DNA of 64,000 bases, from positions 13,583 to 77,582 of the forward strand of contig DDXW01000042.1 in the NCBI GenBank assembly GCA_002347285.1. The letters are read 5' to 3'. The DNA is from Rhodocyclaceae bacterium UBA2250 (lineage in GTDB: Bacteria > Pseudomonadota > Gammaproteobacteria > Burkholderiales > Rhodocyclaceae). This document shows positions 26,291 through 36,869 of this stretch, in pieces; position 1 is the first letter of the stretch, and each line of letters opens with the position of its first letter. The notes under the pieces were generated by a model. It saw only the letters and a program-made list of their open reading frames with translations, was not told the origin of the DNA and did not search any database. Position numbers and translations under genes: made by a program.

Positions 26291-26836
26291 TCAGGGCGTC
26301 TGGTGCTTGCCCTTGCTGACGCGGTTGGCTTGCGGTCCCTCGGCGCCCATTTCCTCGAGGAACACCACCGGATCGCCGACCTTCAGCTGATCGAATTCCG
26401 GATGGGCGCAGTTGTAAAGGTGGAAATAAAGTTCGGTGCCGTCGGCCCTGGCGATGAAGCCGTAGCCTTCTTCCGGGAACAGCCGCGCGATCTGGCCGTG
26501 GGATTCGACCTCATGCACCTTCACGTCGCCGCGGATGCGCCGCGCATGCTCCTCGAGCTTGCGCTTCGTGGCGTCGAACGCGTCGCGGATCGCGACGTAA
26601 ATGTCTTCGGCCTTGTCGCGGTTCACCACGATCTCGCTGCCCGGGATCGTCAGGTCGATGCGGATGTTGTAGAGCTTGCCCTGATGCTTGTGCTTCTGGA
26701 TCATGCCGACCGTTATCCGGCAGGACATGATGTGCTCGAAGAAATGATCCAGCCGCTCGGCGCGCTCCATGATGGCGGCCTCGACGGCGTCGGAGCGGGG
26801 CAGGTCGCGAAAGGTGATTTGCACTGGCAATTGCAT
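26291..26836 (-). CDS. HPF/RaiA ribosome-associated domain fused to a cold-shock domain
   Basis: QITFRDLPRSDA...DIYVAIRDAFD (HPF) then EGYGFIARADGTELYFH (CSD RNP1/RNP2). Confidence 0.85.
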   Translation of the reverse strand: MQLPVQITFRDLPRSDAVEAAIMERAERLDHFFEHIMSCRITVGMIQKHKHQGKLYNIRIDLTIPGSEIVVNRDKAEDIYVAIRDAFDATKRKLEEHARRIRGDVKVHEVESHGQIARLFPEEGYGFIARADGTELYFHLYNCAHPEFDQLKVGDPVVFLEEMGAEGPQANRVSKGKHQTP

Positions 26837-27015
26837 GGCATTCTCCTGGGTGATTTCGATTGGCCGAAGGCCATGATCCGCCCCTTCCAGATCGTCATTG
26901 CTGCCGTCCCGATGGCAGGCGTCAATCGAATTCTAGACCAGCACGAGGAAGCGTCCAGTCCGATACAACGCCGGGATTCAACGCTACCATTGGCCTCCCG
27001 ATCAGTCAGACAACG

Positions 27016-27777
27016 ATGGAAGACAGCATCGCCAGCCGCCGCTTCGGCGGCATCGACCGGCTCTACGGCCACGGCAGCCTCGCGCGGCTGGCGGCGGCGC
27101 ACGTCTGCGTGATCGGCATCGGCGGCGTCGGCTCGTGGGCGGCCGAAGCGCTGGCGCGCTCCGGCGTCGGGCGGCTGACCTTGATCGACCTCGACCACGT
27201 CGCCGAGAGCAACGTGAACCGCCAGGTACATGCGCTCGAAGGCACGCTCGGCCAGGCCAAGGTGCTGGCGATGGGCGAGCGCATCGCCGCGATCAACCCG
27301 TCCTGCACACTGGTCTGCGTCGAGGAGTTCGTCACGGCGGATAACGTCGCGACGTTGCTGCCCGCCTGCGATGCCGTCCTCGACTGCATCGACGACGTGA
27401 AAGCCAAGGCGGCGCTGATCGCGCACTGCCGGCGCGGCAGGCGCGCGGTGGTGACGACCGGCGGCGCGGGCGGGCGGACCGACCCGACGCGCATCCGGGT
27501 CGAGGATCTGTCGCGTACCACGCAGGACGCGCTCGCCAGCAAGCTGCGCGCGCGGCTGCGCAAGGACTACGGTTTCACCCGCGATCCGAAGAAGAAGTTC
27601 GGCGTGCCCTGCGTGTTTTCCGACGAGCAGATCCGGCGGCCGGCGACGATGGCCTGCGACGTGGATGAAAAAGGCTTGCACGGCCTCAACTGCGCTGGCT
27701 ACGGCTCGTCGGTGGCGGTCACCGCCGGCTTCGGCCTCGCGGCCGCCGCGCACTGCCTCGGTATACTGCTCGGATGA
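27016..27777 (+). CDS. tcdA: tRNA threonylcarbamoyladenosine dehydratase (ThiF family)
   Basis: RRFGGIDRLYG, GIGGVGSW, SNVNRQ, CVFSDEQ, GYGSSVAVT. Confidence 0.9.
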   Translation: MEDSIASRRFGGIDRLYGHGSLARLAAAHVCVIGIGGVGSWAAEALARSGVGRLTLIDLDHVAESNVNRQVHALEGTLGQAKVLAMGERIAAINPSCTLVCVEEFVTADNVATLLPACDAVLDCIDDVKAKAALIAHCRRGRRAVVTTGGAGGRTDPTRIRVEDLSRTTQDALASKLRARLRKDYGFTRDPKKKFGVPCVFSDEQIRRPATMACDVDEKGLHGLNCAGYGSSVAVTAGFGLAAAAHCLGILLG

Positions 27778-28535
27778 AACCTCCTGAAACACCGGTCGTG
27801 CTCGTCACCGGCGCCGCACGGCGCGTCGGCGCGGAGATCGCGCGTGCGCTGCACGCGGCCGGCGCGAACCTCGTGCTGCACTATCGCGCGTCGGCCGAGG
27901 AAGCGGAACGGCTGGCCGCCGACCTCAACGTCCGCCGCGCAAACTCGGCGCTGGCGAGGCGGCGCGACCTGCGCGACATGGCGGGCTTGGCGAGCCTGGT
28001 CGAGGAGGCGGTCGCGCACTTCGGCCGGCTCGACGCGCTGGTGAACAACGCTTCGAGCTTCTTCCATACGCCGGTCGGCACGATCGACGAAGCGGCCTGG
28101 GACGATCTGGTCGGCAGCAACCTCAAGGGACCGTTGTTCCTGTCGCAGGCGTCTGCGCCGCATCTGGCCGGCTCATTGCTGCCTGGTGGCGGCTGCATCG
28201 TAAACATCACCGATATCCACGCCGAGCGTCCTTTGAAGGGCTATCCGGTCTACAGCGTCGCCAAGGCCGGGCTGCTCGGCCTGACGCGCGCGCTGGCGCT
28301 CGAGCTCGCGCCGCAGGTGCGCGTCAATGCCGTCGCGCCCGGCGCGATCGAATGGCCGGAGAACGAGGAGCATTTTCCGTCCGTCGAGCAGCAGGCCATC
28401 ATCGAGCACACGCTGCTCAAGCGTACCGGAACGCCTGCCGACATCGCGCGCACGGTGAAATTCCTGATCTTCGACGCACCCTACATCACCGGCCAGGTCA
28501 TCAACGTCGACGGCGGCCGAACCGCACATTTATGA
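27774..28535 (+). CDS. Pteridine reductase (SDR, FolM/PTR1-like)
   Basis: [39 protein letters not shown]. Confidence 0.88.
   Translation: MKPPETPVVLVTGAARRVGAEIARALHAAGANLVLHYRASAEEAERLAADLNVRRANSALARRRDLRDMAGLASLVEEAVAHFGRLDALVNNASSFFHTPVGTIDEAAWDDLVGSNLKGPLFLSQASAPHLAGSLLPGGGCIVNITDIHAERPLKGYPVYSVAKAGLLGLTRALALELAPQVRVNAVAPGAIEWPENEEHFPSVEQQAIIEHTLLKRTGTPADIARTVKFLIFDAPYITGQVINVDGGRTAHL
27941..27963 (+). repeat. 23-bp dispersed motif, exact; inside the pteridine reductase gene
   Basis: AAACTCGGCGCTGGCGAGGCGGC, read as N-S-A-L-A-R-R. Confidence 0.95.
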
Positions 28536-29425
28536 GCACCTACAAGCAGGCCCACAAGCAGGAGTTCGAGGCCAACAAGCTCGCCAAGCGGCTGCGCCGC
28601 GAGGTGGGCCGGGCGATCGCCGACTTCAACATGATCGAGGACGGCGACCGCGTGATGGTCTGCCTCTCGGGCGGCAAGGACTCGCACGCGCTGCTCGACA
28701 TCCTGCTGTATCTCAAGGAGAAGGCGCCGATCCGCTTCGAGGTGATCGCCGTCAATCTCGACCAGAAGCAGCCGGGCTTTCCGGCCGAGGTGCTGCCGGC
28801 CTATCTCGACGGCCTCGACATTCCCTACCGCATCGTCGAGGAGGACACCTACTCGATCGTCAAGCGCGTGATCCCGGAAGGCAAGACCACCTGCTCGCTT
28901 TGTTCGCGGCTGCGGCGCGGCATCCTCTATCGCGTCGCCGACGAACTGGGCGCGACCAAGATCGCGCTCGGCCACCACCGCGACGACATCCTCGCCACGC
29001 TGTTCCTCAACCTGTTCTTCGCCGCCAAGCTCAAGGCGATGCCGCCCAAGCTGGTGTCGGACGATGGCCGCCACATCGTCATCCGTCCGCTCGCCTACTG
29101 CCGCGAGAAGGACCTGGTCGAATGGGCGCAGTTGCGAGCGTTTCCGATCATCCCCTGCAACCTCTGCGGCAGCCAGCCCAACCTCCAGCGCCAGCAGGTC
29201 GCCGAGATGCTGCGTGACTGGGATCGGCGCTTCCCCGGCCGCATCGAGACGATGTTCAACAGCTTGTCCAACGTCGTGCCTTCGCACCTGCTGGATGCGA
29301 AGCTCTTCGACTTCGCGAATCTCAAGGCGACCGGCGTGCCCGATCCCGACGGCGACATCGCTTTCGACGAGGATTCCGCCGCCTCGCCAGCGCCGAGTTT
29401 TCCAATTCACTTCACAACGTCATGA
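28532..29425 (+). CDS. ttcA: tRNA 2-thiocytidine(32) synthetase
   Basis: SGGKDS PP-loop, [22 protein letters not shown]. Confidence 0.95.
   Translation: MSTYKQAHKQEFEANKLAKRLRREVGRAIADFNMIEDGDRVMVCLSGGKDSHALLDILLYLKEKAPIRFEVIAVNLDQKQPGFPAEVLPAYLDGLDIPYRIVEEDTYSIVKRVIPEGKTTCSLCSRLRRGILYRVADELGATKIALGHHRDDILATLFLNLFFAAKLKAMPPKLVSDDGRHIVIRPLAYCREKDLVEWAQLRAFPIIPCNLCGSQPNLQRQQVAEMLRDWDRRFPGRIETMFNSLSNVVPSHLLDAKLFDFANLKATGVPDPDGDIAFDEDSAASPAPSFPIHFTTS
29378..29400 (-). repeat. 23-bp dispersed motif, exact; in the ttcA 3' end
   Basis: Plus strand GCCGCCTCGCCAGCGCCGAGTTT, read as A-A-S-P-A-P-S-F. Confidence 0.95.
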
Positions 29426-30555
29426 AATCCTTCAATCCGCCCGAACGCACCCTGATGGGCCCCGGCCCGTCGAACCTCGACCCGCGCGTGCTCGCCGCGC
29501 TGTCGCGGCCGATCGTCGGCCACCTCGACCCGGCCTTCGCCGCGATGATGGAAGAACTGAAGGAACTGCTGCGCTACGCCTTCCGTACCGATAACGCGCT
29601 GACCTACCCGGTTTCCGCGCCCGGTTCGGCCGGCATGGAAACCTGCTTCGTCAACCTGGTGGAGCCCGGCGACAAGGTGATCGTCTGCCGGAACGGCGTG
29701 TTCGGCGGCCGCATGATCGAGAACGCCAACCGCTACGGCGCGCAGACGGTGATCGTCGAGGACGACTGGGGCATGCCGGTCGACCCGCAGAAGCTGGAAG
29801 ACGCTTTGAAGGCCAATCCCGACACGAAGATCGTCGCCTTCGTCCAGGCCGAGACCTCGACCGGTGCCGAGTCGGACACGAAGGCCCTGGCCGAAATCGC
29901 GCATCGTCACGGCGCGCTCGTCATCGTCGACGCGGTCACCGCGCTCGGCGGCACGCCGGTGCTGGTCGACGAGTGGGGCGTGGATGCGATCTACTCCGGC
30001 AGCCAGAAGTGCCTCTCGTGCGTGCCGGGCCTCTCGCCGGTCTCCTTCGGCGAGCGCGCCATCGCGAAACTGCAAGCCCGGGAAACGCCGGTGCCGAGCT
30101 GGTTCCTCGACCTCAACCTCGTGCTCGCCTACTGGAACGCCGAGGGCGGCAAGCGCACCTACCACCACACCGCACCGGTCAACAGTCTCTACGCACTGCA
30201 CGAATCGCTGCTGCTGCTGCAAGCGGAAGGACTGGAAAACGCGTGGGCGCGCCACAAGGCGCTGCATGAAAAGCTGGCGGCCGGGCTGAGGAAGCTGGGG
30301 CTGGAATTCGTCGTCCCGGCGGGCGCACGGCTGCCGCAGTTGAATGCGGTGAAGGTGCCGGCGGGCGTCGACGAGACCGCCGTGCGGACGAAACTCCTGA
30401 AGGACTACAACCTCGAGATCGGCGCCGGCCTCGGGCCGCTGGCCGGCAAGGTGTGGCGCATCGGCCTGATGGGCTACACCTGCCGCCAGGAGAACGTGCT
30501 GTTCTGTCTGGCGGCGCTGGCGGACGTGCTCAGTTCGAGAGACACTCGCTCATGA
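29422..30555 (+). CDS. Class V aminotransferase (alanine-glyoxylate / serine-pyruvate type)
   Basis: [30 protein letters not shown] (PLP Lys), WRIGLMG. Confidence 0.9.
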   Translation: MKSFNPPERTLMGPGPSNLDPRVLAALSRPIVGHLDPAFAAMMEELKELLRYAFRTDNALTYPVSAPGSAGMETCFVNLVEPGDKVIVCRNGVFGGRMIENANRYGAQTVIVEDDWGMPVDPQKLEDALKANPDTKIVAFVQAETSTGAESDTKALAEIAHRHGALVIVDAVTALGGTPVLVDEWGVDAIYSGSQKCLSCVPGLSPVSFGERAIAKLQARETPVPSWFLDLNLVLAYWNAEGGKRTYHHTAPVNSLYALHESLLLLQAEGLENAWARHKALHEKLAAGLRKLGLEFVVPAGARLPQLNAVKVPAGVDETAVRTKLLKDYNLEIGAGLGPLAGKVWRIGLMGYTCRQENVLFCLAALADVLSSRDTRS

Positions 30556-30847
30556 ATTTCTTGCGCGCGTCGCCCTTGAGTTTTTTCTCCCCGGCCTCGG
30601 CGTTGCAGGCCTTCATCTTTTCCCGCTGAGCGCTGCGGGCCTCCTTGGCGGCGGCCTGCTTGCCGGAAAGGCACTGCTTCATGAAGTCCTTGCGTTCCTG
30701 GCCTTTCAAACCTTCGGCTTCCTTGTTGCAGTCGCGCATGCGCTGCTGCTGCGGGGTGGCGGCTTTCTCCGCGGCGGCGAAGGCGGGCAGCGCGAAACCG
30801 AACTGGGCGGCGACGGCGATGCTGGCGATGGCGAGCAGTTTCTTCAT
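30530..30847 (-). CDS. PsiF-repeat periplasmic protein
   Basis: Signal peptide, then two repeats QQQRMRDCNKEA...RKDFMKQCLS and QREKMKACNAEA...[10 protein letters not shown]. Confidence 0.88.
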   Translation of the reverse strand: MKKLLAIASIAVAAQFGFALPAFAAAEKAATPQQQRMRDCNKEAEGLKGQERKDFMKQCLSGKQAAAKEARSAQREKMKACNAEAGEKKLKGDARKKFMSECLSN

Positions 30848-31004
30848 GGCGACTCCCTCGTGGTGATAAAGGAATGAAACCTGGCCGATTCTAGGCCACA
30901 GTGCCGGCATTCGTGTGGTTCGGCTGGCAGGTCAGCCCAACCCAGGGCTTTTTCATTGTATTGTTACCCCCAAAGTAATAATTAGACGGCACAGGTATGT
31001 TGGT

Positions 31005-32579
31005 ATGTTCAGCTGGCTAAGCAAACGCGGCGGCGGGAAGTCGAGCGATGCCGCCCATGATTATTTGTCCACGCTGACGGGCAGCCCCGCTGCGGTGTTG
31101 CAGCAGGTTGCGGACTGGCTCGAGGATCAGTTCGAAACGGGGGTAGCCCGCCTGGCGTTGCTCCAGGCGGCGGATGACCGCCTGGGGTCGGTGCGCGCCG
31201 AAATCGAGACAGACCTCGATGTGCATCGCCGCCTCGGGACGAAGCACAAGCTGTTGCTCATGTACTGCGAGCGCTTCGCGCGCGCCTATGCGCACGTCGC
31301 CCGCAAGCTGCCGGCGGGACATGCAGACAGGCCGCTCGCGGTTCTGCGGGCGGTGCATCTGTTCTCCCGCGCCTGCCGGCTCGTGCGCATGACCGGCGGC
31401 GAACCGGCGGAATTGCGCAAGGCAGCCCTGACCCTGTTCCAGGATGCCCAGCAGCAGGGCAACGCCAGCCTGAACCTGTCGCCTTACCCGGGCTGGCCGA
31501 AAACCTCGGTGAAGCAGGAGTTGGCCGTGGCCCTGCTCTGGGATACCGCGCCCTTCGATACCCTGACGCTCGAGCAGACGGAGTATTTCGAACGCTTCGT
31601 GGTGTCATGCGGCAGCCAGATCATCCTGAAGACGACGCCGGGCAGCATCACCACCCATGCCCTGCTGGCAGACGGGCGGATCGTCACCGCGGAACAGGCG
31701 GGCGATGCCGGCGTGCTCTTCTTCGGCCATGGGCCGCTGGCAGGCATGCTGGCAGGCATCCTGAAGCTGCCGGACACCGCATTCATGCCCGACTGGGCGG
31801 GCAACCCCTTGCCCCATACCGACCTGCAGACCGTCAAAACCCTGGCACGACGCGTGACGGCGACTTGGGAAGGGAAGCGCATGGCGCGCAGAAGCGAGCG
31901 CGTGGAACGCCGGGACCAGGTGCGCGTGACGGGCGGGTTCGACAATATCCGCCGTGCCGTCGCCTATGCTGCCTACGTTCGCGGCGGCGGGCAGCTGAAG
32001 GCCTACGATACGCGCGAGAAAGTCCTCACCGAACGCATGCGTGAGGTCATGGTGGGACTGGAGAACAATGAAAGCCAGCAACTCACCCCCCTCGAGGTTC
32101 TGACGGCGATGGAGGGCGCCAGCGGCAGCAACGCGGTCGAAGCCTGGACCGTCCATGACAGCAGCGCGCAAGGCTACAGCCTGGCGGTGCCCGGGTTCCG
32201 CGCCTGGCTGGCGGTCGGCAGTCTGCTGGCGGTCCGGGAGACGGACCGGATCGACTGGAGTGTCGCGATTGTCAGGCGGCTGTTCGGTCCGCCCCATGCA
32301 CGCCACGCCGGCATCGAGATCATCCCCGGCACACCCGTGCCTGTCGGCATCGGCGACGAAGCACTGGGCGCGTCCGCGAGCGTGGCCGACCTGCGCGATG
32401 CCATCCTGATCGGCCGCGAGGCGGAATGCTGGCTGGTCACCACCTTTTCCTGCACCCCCGGCAGCTGCTGCATGGTGTCGGGCCAGCACGGCCGCGCGCT
32501 CTACCGCATCACCGCCCGCAGCCACGGTAACGCCGACTACCAGCTCTTCAGCTGCGTCCCGGTCGAGAAGTCGGCCTAG
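31005..32579 (+). CDS. Hypothetical protein, possible atypical PilZ-like C-terminus
   Basis: 524 aa from ATG 31005; helical N-terminus, RRSER and DSSAQG motifs; the family call is inference. Confidence 0.65.
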   Translation: MFSWLSKRGGGKSSDAAHDYLSTLTGSPAAVLQQVADWLEDQFETGVARLALLQAADDRLGSVRAEIETDLDVHRRLGTKHKLLLMYCERFARAYAHVARKLPAGHADRPLAVLRAVHLFSRACRLVRMTGGEPAELRKAALTLFQDAQQQGNASLNLSPYPGWPKTSVKQELAVALLWDTAPFDTLTLEQTEYFERFVVSCGSQIILKTTPGSITTHALLADGRIVTAEQAGDAGVLFFGHGPLAGMLAGILKLPDTAFMPDWAGNPLPHTDLQTVKTLARRVTATWEGKRMARRSERVERRDQVRVTGGFDNIRRAVAYAAYVRGGGQLKAYDTREKVLTERMREVMVGLENNESQQLTPLEVLTAMEGASGSNAVEAWTVHDSSAQGYSLAVPGFRAWLAVGSLLAVRETDRIDWSVAIVRRLFGPPHARHAGIEIIPGTPVPVGIGDEALGASASVADLRDAILIGREAECWLVTTFSCTPGSCCMVSGQHGRALYRITARSHGNADYQLFSCVPVEKSA

Positions 32580-32580
32580 T

Positions 32581-34116
32581 TCAATGACGGTGCGGATGCT
32601 CGCCGACGTGATGGGTTTCGAGCGCGGCGTGGTGGGTCAGCTCGTGCAGCGGCCGGCCGGGCATCTTGTGGCCGACCCATTGCGGCAGCAGCGAGCCGGC
32701 GATCATGCCGAGCGCCGAAACGGCCAGGCCGATCAATTGTGGCGGGATGCCTTCCTCACCGACCAGTGCGTAGGCGTAGATATCCGTGTCGCCGCCGCTG
32801 GCGATCAGCACCTCGACCATGATCCACGACAGCAGGCCGCCGAAGATCGCCGCCAGCGCGCCCTGGGTGGTGGCGCGCTTCCACAGGATGCCGCCGACCA
32901 GCGGCACGAAGGCGCCGGCCAGCGTGATCTTGTAGGCGTTCTCGACCATCTCGAAGATCGACGATTCCGAGTTGAGCGCGAAGGCCAGCACCAGCGTGGC
33001 GAAGCCGACCAGGGTGGCGCGCATCACCCAGAGGAAATGATGGTCGCCCATCCTCGGCCAGAAGCCGCGGATCACGTTCTCGGCGAAGGTGACCGACGGG
33101 GCCAGCAGCGTCGCCGAGGAGCAGCTCATGATCGCCGACAGCACGGCGCCGAAGAACAGCACCTGCGCGACCAGCGGCGTGTGCTGCAGCACCAGGGTCG
33201 GCAGGATCAGCTGCGTATCGCTTTCGAGCAGCGCGGCGAAGCGTTCCGGATCGATCAGCGTCGCCGAGTAGGCGATGAACATCGGCACGAAGGTGAAGCA
33301 GAAGTAGATCGAGGCGCCGAGGAGCGAGCCGTAGAGCGCGATCTTCGCGCTCTTCGCCGAGGTGACGCGCTGGAACACGTCCTGCTGCGGGATCGAGCCG
33401 AGCATCATCGTCACCCAGGCGCCGAGGAAGGCCACCCACTTGAGCGGGTCCATCTCGGGGAAGAACTGCAGCTTGCCGGCCTCGCTGGCGTGTGTGACGA
33501 TCGCCGTCGTGCCGCCGTCGACCTTGCCGCTGACGATCCAGGCGATGAACAGCAGGCCGCCCATCGACACGGCCATCTGCACGAAGTCGAGGATCGCCAC
33601 CGAGAACATGCCGCCGAAGGTGGTGTAGGTCAGCACGATCACCGCGCCGAGGATCATGCCGGTGTTCTGGCTCACCGCGCCGTCGGTGACGACGAAGAAG
33701 ATCAGGCCGAGCGCCTTGATCTGCGCCGCCACCCAGCCCAGGTACGAGGCGACGATGCAGATCGTCGTCAGCACCTCGACCGCGCGGTTGTAGCGCATGC
33801 GGTAGAAGTCGCCGAGCGTCAGGATGTTGAGCTTGTAGAGGTAGCGCGAGAACAGGATGCCGGCGATGATCAGGCACAGCGAGGAGCCGAACGGGTCGGC
33901 GACCACGCCGGTCAATCCGTCTTTCACGAAGGTGGCCGAGACGCCGAACACCGCCTCGGCGCCGAACCAGGTGGCGAACACCGTGGCGGTGACCACCGGC
34001 AGCGGCAGCGAGCGGCCGGCGACGGCGAAGTCCTTGGCGCTGTGCACGCGCGTCGCGGCGAACAGGCCGATGCCCACGGAGATCATCAGATAGAGGATGA
34101 CGAACCACAAGAGCAT
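32581..34116 (-). CDS. Sodium:solute symporter family protein
   Basis: DFAVAGRSLP, ATWFGAE, YTTFGGMFSV, QQDVFQRV, SAIMSCSSATLL. Confidence 0.9.
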   Translation of the reverse strand: MLLWFVILYLMISVGIGLFAATRVHSAKDFAVAGRSLPLPVVTATVFATWFGAEAVFGVSATFVKDGLTGVVADPFGSSLCLIIAGILFSRYLYKLNILTLGDFYRMRYNRAVEVLTTICIVASYLGWVAAQIKALGLIFFVVTDGAVSQNTGMILGAVIVLTYTTFGGMFSVAILDFVQMAVSMGGLLFIAWIVSGKVDGGTTAIVTHASEAGKLQFFPEMDPLKWVAFLGAWVTMMLGSIPQQDVFQRVTSAKSAKIALYGSLLGASIYFCFTFVPMFIAYSATLIDPERFAALLESDTQLILPTLVLQHTPLVAQVLFFGAVLSAIMSCSSATLLAPSVTFAENVIRGFWPRMGDHHFLWVMRATLVGFATLVLAFALNSESSIFEMVENAYKITLAGAFVPLVGGILWKRATTQGALAAIFGGLLSWIMVEVLIASGGDTDIYAYALVGEEGIPPQLIGLAVSALGMIAGSLLPQWVGHKMPGRPLHELTHHAALETHHVGEHPHRH

Positions 34117-34224
34117 GCGGACCCCTCGCGCCAAAAAACAAAGGAAAACCAAAAACCGGCTGTCGGCGCGCGATTATACTGATGCCGGTTTTCCGTCGAA
34201 TACTGCGCGAACAGGGCCCTTGCC

Positions 34225-34569
34225 ATGCTGGAAACGACATTTGCCGCAACGGAATTGAGCAGGATTCTCGAGCAGGCGGCGATTTACGATTGCGCCTGCC
34301 CGGCGCAGATCTGCAAGCAGATCGGCAGCCTGCGATCCTTGTACGATTATCAGATGCACTGCCAGAACATGACTGATTCGGACCGGCAGGTGCATGAACG
34401 CATCGCCGCGGCAGTGCATGTCTCCCACGCCGAAATGGAGCGCTGCCTCGAGGACGTGCTGACGCTGGAAGGCTGGGATCGTGCCACCCTGACCATGCCG
34501 GAGAATCTGCAAAAGCGCCTGTTCGACGCGGCGTGCCAGGCCGGGGAGCCGGATTCCAGCCCGGATTGA
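34225..34569 (+). CDS. Cys/His-rich small helical hypothetical protein
   Basis: 114 aa with YDCACPAQIC, YQMHC, VHERI, LEGWDRATLTMP; divergent from the symporter. Confidence 0.75.
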   Translation: MLETTFAATELSRILEQAAIYDCACPAQICKQIGSLRSLYDYQMHCQNMTDSDRQVHERIAAAVHVSHAEMERCLEDVLTLEGWDRATLTMPENLQKRLFDAACQAGEPDSSPD

Positions 34570-34618
34570 AAAGGCGCGGCGCGAACTGGCGGAACGCACC
34601 GACGAGGCTGACTGAGGC

Positions 34619-34641
34619 GCCGCCTCGCCAGCGCCGAGTTT
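34619..34641 (-). repeat. 23-bp dispersed motif, exact; shares the last base of the ubiB stop
   Basis: Minus strand TG|AAACTCGGCGCTGGCGAGGCGGC. Confidence 0.95.
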
Positions 34642-36185
34642 CAGAAGAACTGGAAGGCCGCCAGCAGCAGCGCGGCGGCGGCCACGAGCAGCGCCGCCTG
34701 CGCCTGGCGGCGGCTGGCGGCGGCTTCCTCGCGCAGCCGGGCGAGCTCGGCCTCCGCCGCCGTGCGCTCGGCCGCCTGCGCCAGGGCCTGGTGCGCCAGG
34801 CGCGGCAGCTGCGGCAGCAGCGTCGCCCACTGCGGGGCTTCGCGCTTGAGATGGTTGATCAGGCCGCGCACGCCGAGCTGCTCCTTCATCCAGCGCTCGA
34901 GGAAGGGCTTGGCCGTGTCCCACAGGTCGAGATCCGGATCGAGCATGCGGCCGAGGCCCTCGATGTTGAGCAGGGTCTTCTGCAAGAGGACCAGCTGCGG
35001 CTGGATCTCGACGTTGAAGCGGCGCGAGGTCTGGAACAGGCGCAGCAGCACCTTGCCGAAGGAGATCTCCTTGAGCGGCCGGTCGAAGATCGGCTCGCAG
35101 ACGGCGCGCACGGCGGCCTCCAGCTCGTCGACGCGCGTCTCCTTCGGCGCCCAGCCCGACTCGATGTGCGCCTCGGCGACGCGCTTGTAGTCGCGCCGGA
35201 AGAAGGCGAGGAAGTTGATCGCCAGGTAGTTCTTGTCGGTCTCGGTGAGCGTGCCGACGATGCCGAAGTCGAGCGCGATGTAACGGTTGAACGTGGCCGG
35301 GTCGGTCGAGACGAGGATGTTGCCCGGGTGCATGTCGGCGTGGAAGAAGCCGTCGCGGAACACCTGGGTGAAGAACAGTTCGACGCCGGCGCGCGACAGC
35401 GCCTTGAGGTCGATGCCGGCCGTGCGCAGGCGGTCGACCTGGCCGATCGGCAGGCCGTGCATGCGCTCCATCGTCATCACTTCGTGCGTGCAGTAATCCC
35501 AGTGCACTTCGGGCACCAGCAGCAGCGGCGAGGCGGTGAAGTTGCGCCGCAGCTGCGAGCAGTTGGCCGCCTCGCGCATCAGGTCGAGTTCGTCGGCGAG
35601 GTGCTTGGAGAACTCGCCGACCACCTCGCGCGGCTTGAGGCGCTTGCCATCCGACCAGAAGCGCTCAAGCAGGCCGGCGAAGGTGTCGAGCAGTGCGAGG
35701 TCGTGGGCGATCACCGGCTCGATGCCGGGGCGCAGCACCTTGACCGCCACCTCCTTGCCGTCGGCCAGCGTGGCGAAATGCACCTGGGCGACCGAGGCCG
35801 AGGCGATCGGCTCACGCTCGAAGCTGGCATAAATATCGTCGATCTTCTTGCCGAAGCTCGCCTCGATTTCGGCGACTGCCTGCTCCGAGGGGAAGGGCGG
35901 CACGCGGTCCTGCAGCAGCGCCAGTTCGTCGGCGAGGTCGGCCGGCAACAGGTCGCGGCGCGTGGACAGCACCTGGCCGAACTTGACGAAGATCGGCCCG
36001 AGCGCTTCGAGTGCCTGCCGCAGCCTTACCGCGCGCGGCGCCGACAGGTCGCGCCAGAAGAAGAGGAGGTTGACGAGACCGAGCGGTAGCGCCAGCTTGC
36101 CGCTGGGGTCGTGTTCGAGGATCAGCCGGTCGAGGCCGTACTTGAGGCCGACGCGGGCGATTTTGGCGAGACGGAGCAGGCGCAC
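34641..36185 (-). CDS. ubiB: Ubiquinone biosynthesis protein kinase
   Basis: [47 protein letters not shown]. Confidence 0.95.
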   Translation of the reverse strand: MRLLRLAKIARVGLKYGLDRLILEHDPSGKLALPLGLVNLLFFWRDLSAPRAVRLRQALEALGPIFVKFGQVLSTRRDLLPADLADELALLQDRVPPFPSEQAVAEIEASFGKKIDDIYASFEREPIASASVAQVHFATLADGKEVAVKVLRPGIEPVIAHDLALLDTFAGLLERFWSDGKRLKPREVVGEFSKHLADELDLMREAANCSQLRRNFTASPLLLVPEVHWDYCTHEVMTMERMHGLPIGQVDRLRTAGIDLKALSRAGVELFFTQVFRDGFFHADMHPGNILVSTDPATFNRYIALDFGIVGTLTETDKNYLAINFLAFFRRDYKRVAEAHIESGWAPKETRVDELEAAVRAVCEPIFDRPLKEISFGKVLLRLFQTSRRFNVEIQPQLVLLQKTLLNIEGLGRMLDPDLDLWDTAKPFLERWMKEQLGVRGLINHLKREAPQWATLLPQLPRLAHQALAQAAERTAAEAELARLREEAAASRRQAQAALLVAAAALLLAAFQFF

Positions 36186-36266
36186 GGTGCGATGCGGAAT
36201 GCGGGAGGGCGCACTTTAGCACCGAACGCGCGCGCCGCCGTTTTGCCTGGCCGCGCGCGGCTGGAG

Positions 36267-36869
36267 TTAGTGCACTTCGTCCCAGCCGGTGATCATCGCC
36301 TTGATGTGCGCGAAGACGGTGTGGCCCGTCGTGGTGAGATACACGTGGATGAAAAAGAAGGCGCTGATCATGAAGGCGCCGAGCACGTGGAGCGTGGCGA
36401 CGATGTCGAGCGTCAGCCACTTGTCGATGCCCAGTGCCGGCCACTGCGCGTAGAACAGATAGAACAGGCCGGAGCCCCAGATCATCGGCGAGATGAAGGA
36501 CAGCACGGCCAGGTAGGCCAGCCGTTGCAGCGGGTTGTGCTTCTTCTCGACGGTCTTGCGGAACGGGTGCGGCACTTCCTTGAAGATGCCGAGCACGTAG
36601 TAGCGGATCATGGCATCCACGTTCTTGAGCGTCGGGATGTACTGGCGCCATTCGTCGGTGGTGAATTGCCAGAAGATGGTGAAGGCCCAGATGACCAGCA
36701 GCGTCCAGGCCGCAAAGGTGTGGATGCCCACCGCCTGTTTGAAGCCGAACAGGCTGTAGCTGCCGTGGATTTCGAAGCCGGTGATCGCCAGGACGATGAT
36801 CAGGGTTGCCTGCGACCAGTGCCAGAAGCGTTCGTAGGCCTTATAGACGTAGATGCGTTCGCCGCTCAT
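36267..36869 (-). CDS. Cytochrome b subunit (Ni/Fe-hydrogenase / PhsC-like), partner of the octaheme cytochrome
   Basis: ERFWHWSQA, IHTFA, HNPLQRLAY, LHVLGA, FIHVY; ATG overlaps the octaheme stop. Confidence 0.85.
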   Translation of the reverse strand: MSGERIYVYKAYERFWHWSQATLIIVLAITGFEIHGSYSLFGFKQAVGIHTFAAWTLLVIWAFTIFWQFTTDEWRQYIPTLKNVDAMIRYYVLGIFKEVPHPFRKTVEKKHNPLQRLAYLAVLSFISPMIWGSGLFYLFYAQWPALGIDKWLTLDIVATLHVLGAFMISAFFFIHVYLTTTGHTVFAHIKAMITGWDEVH

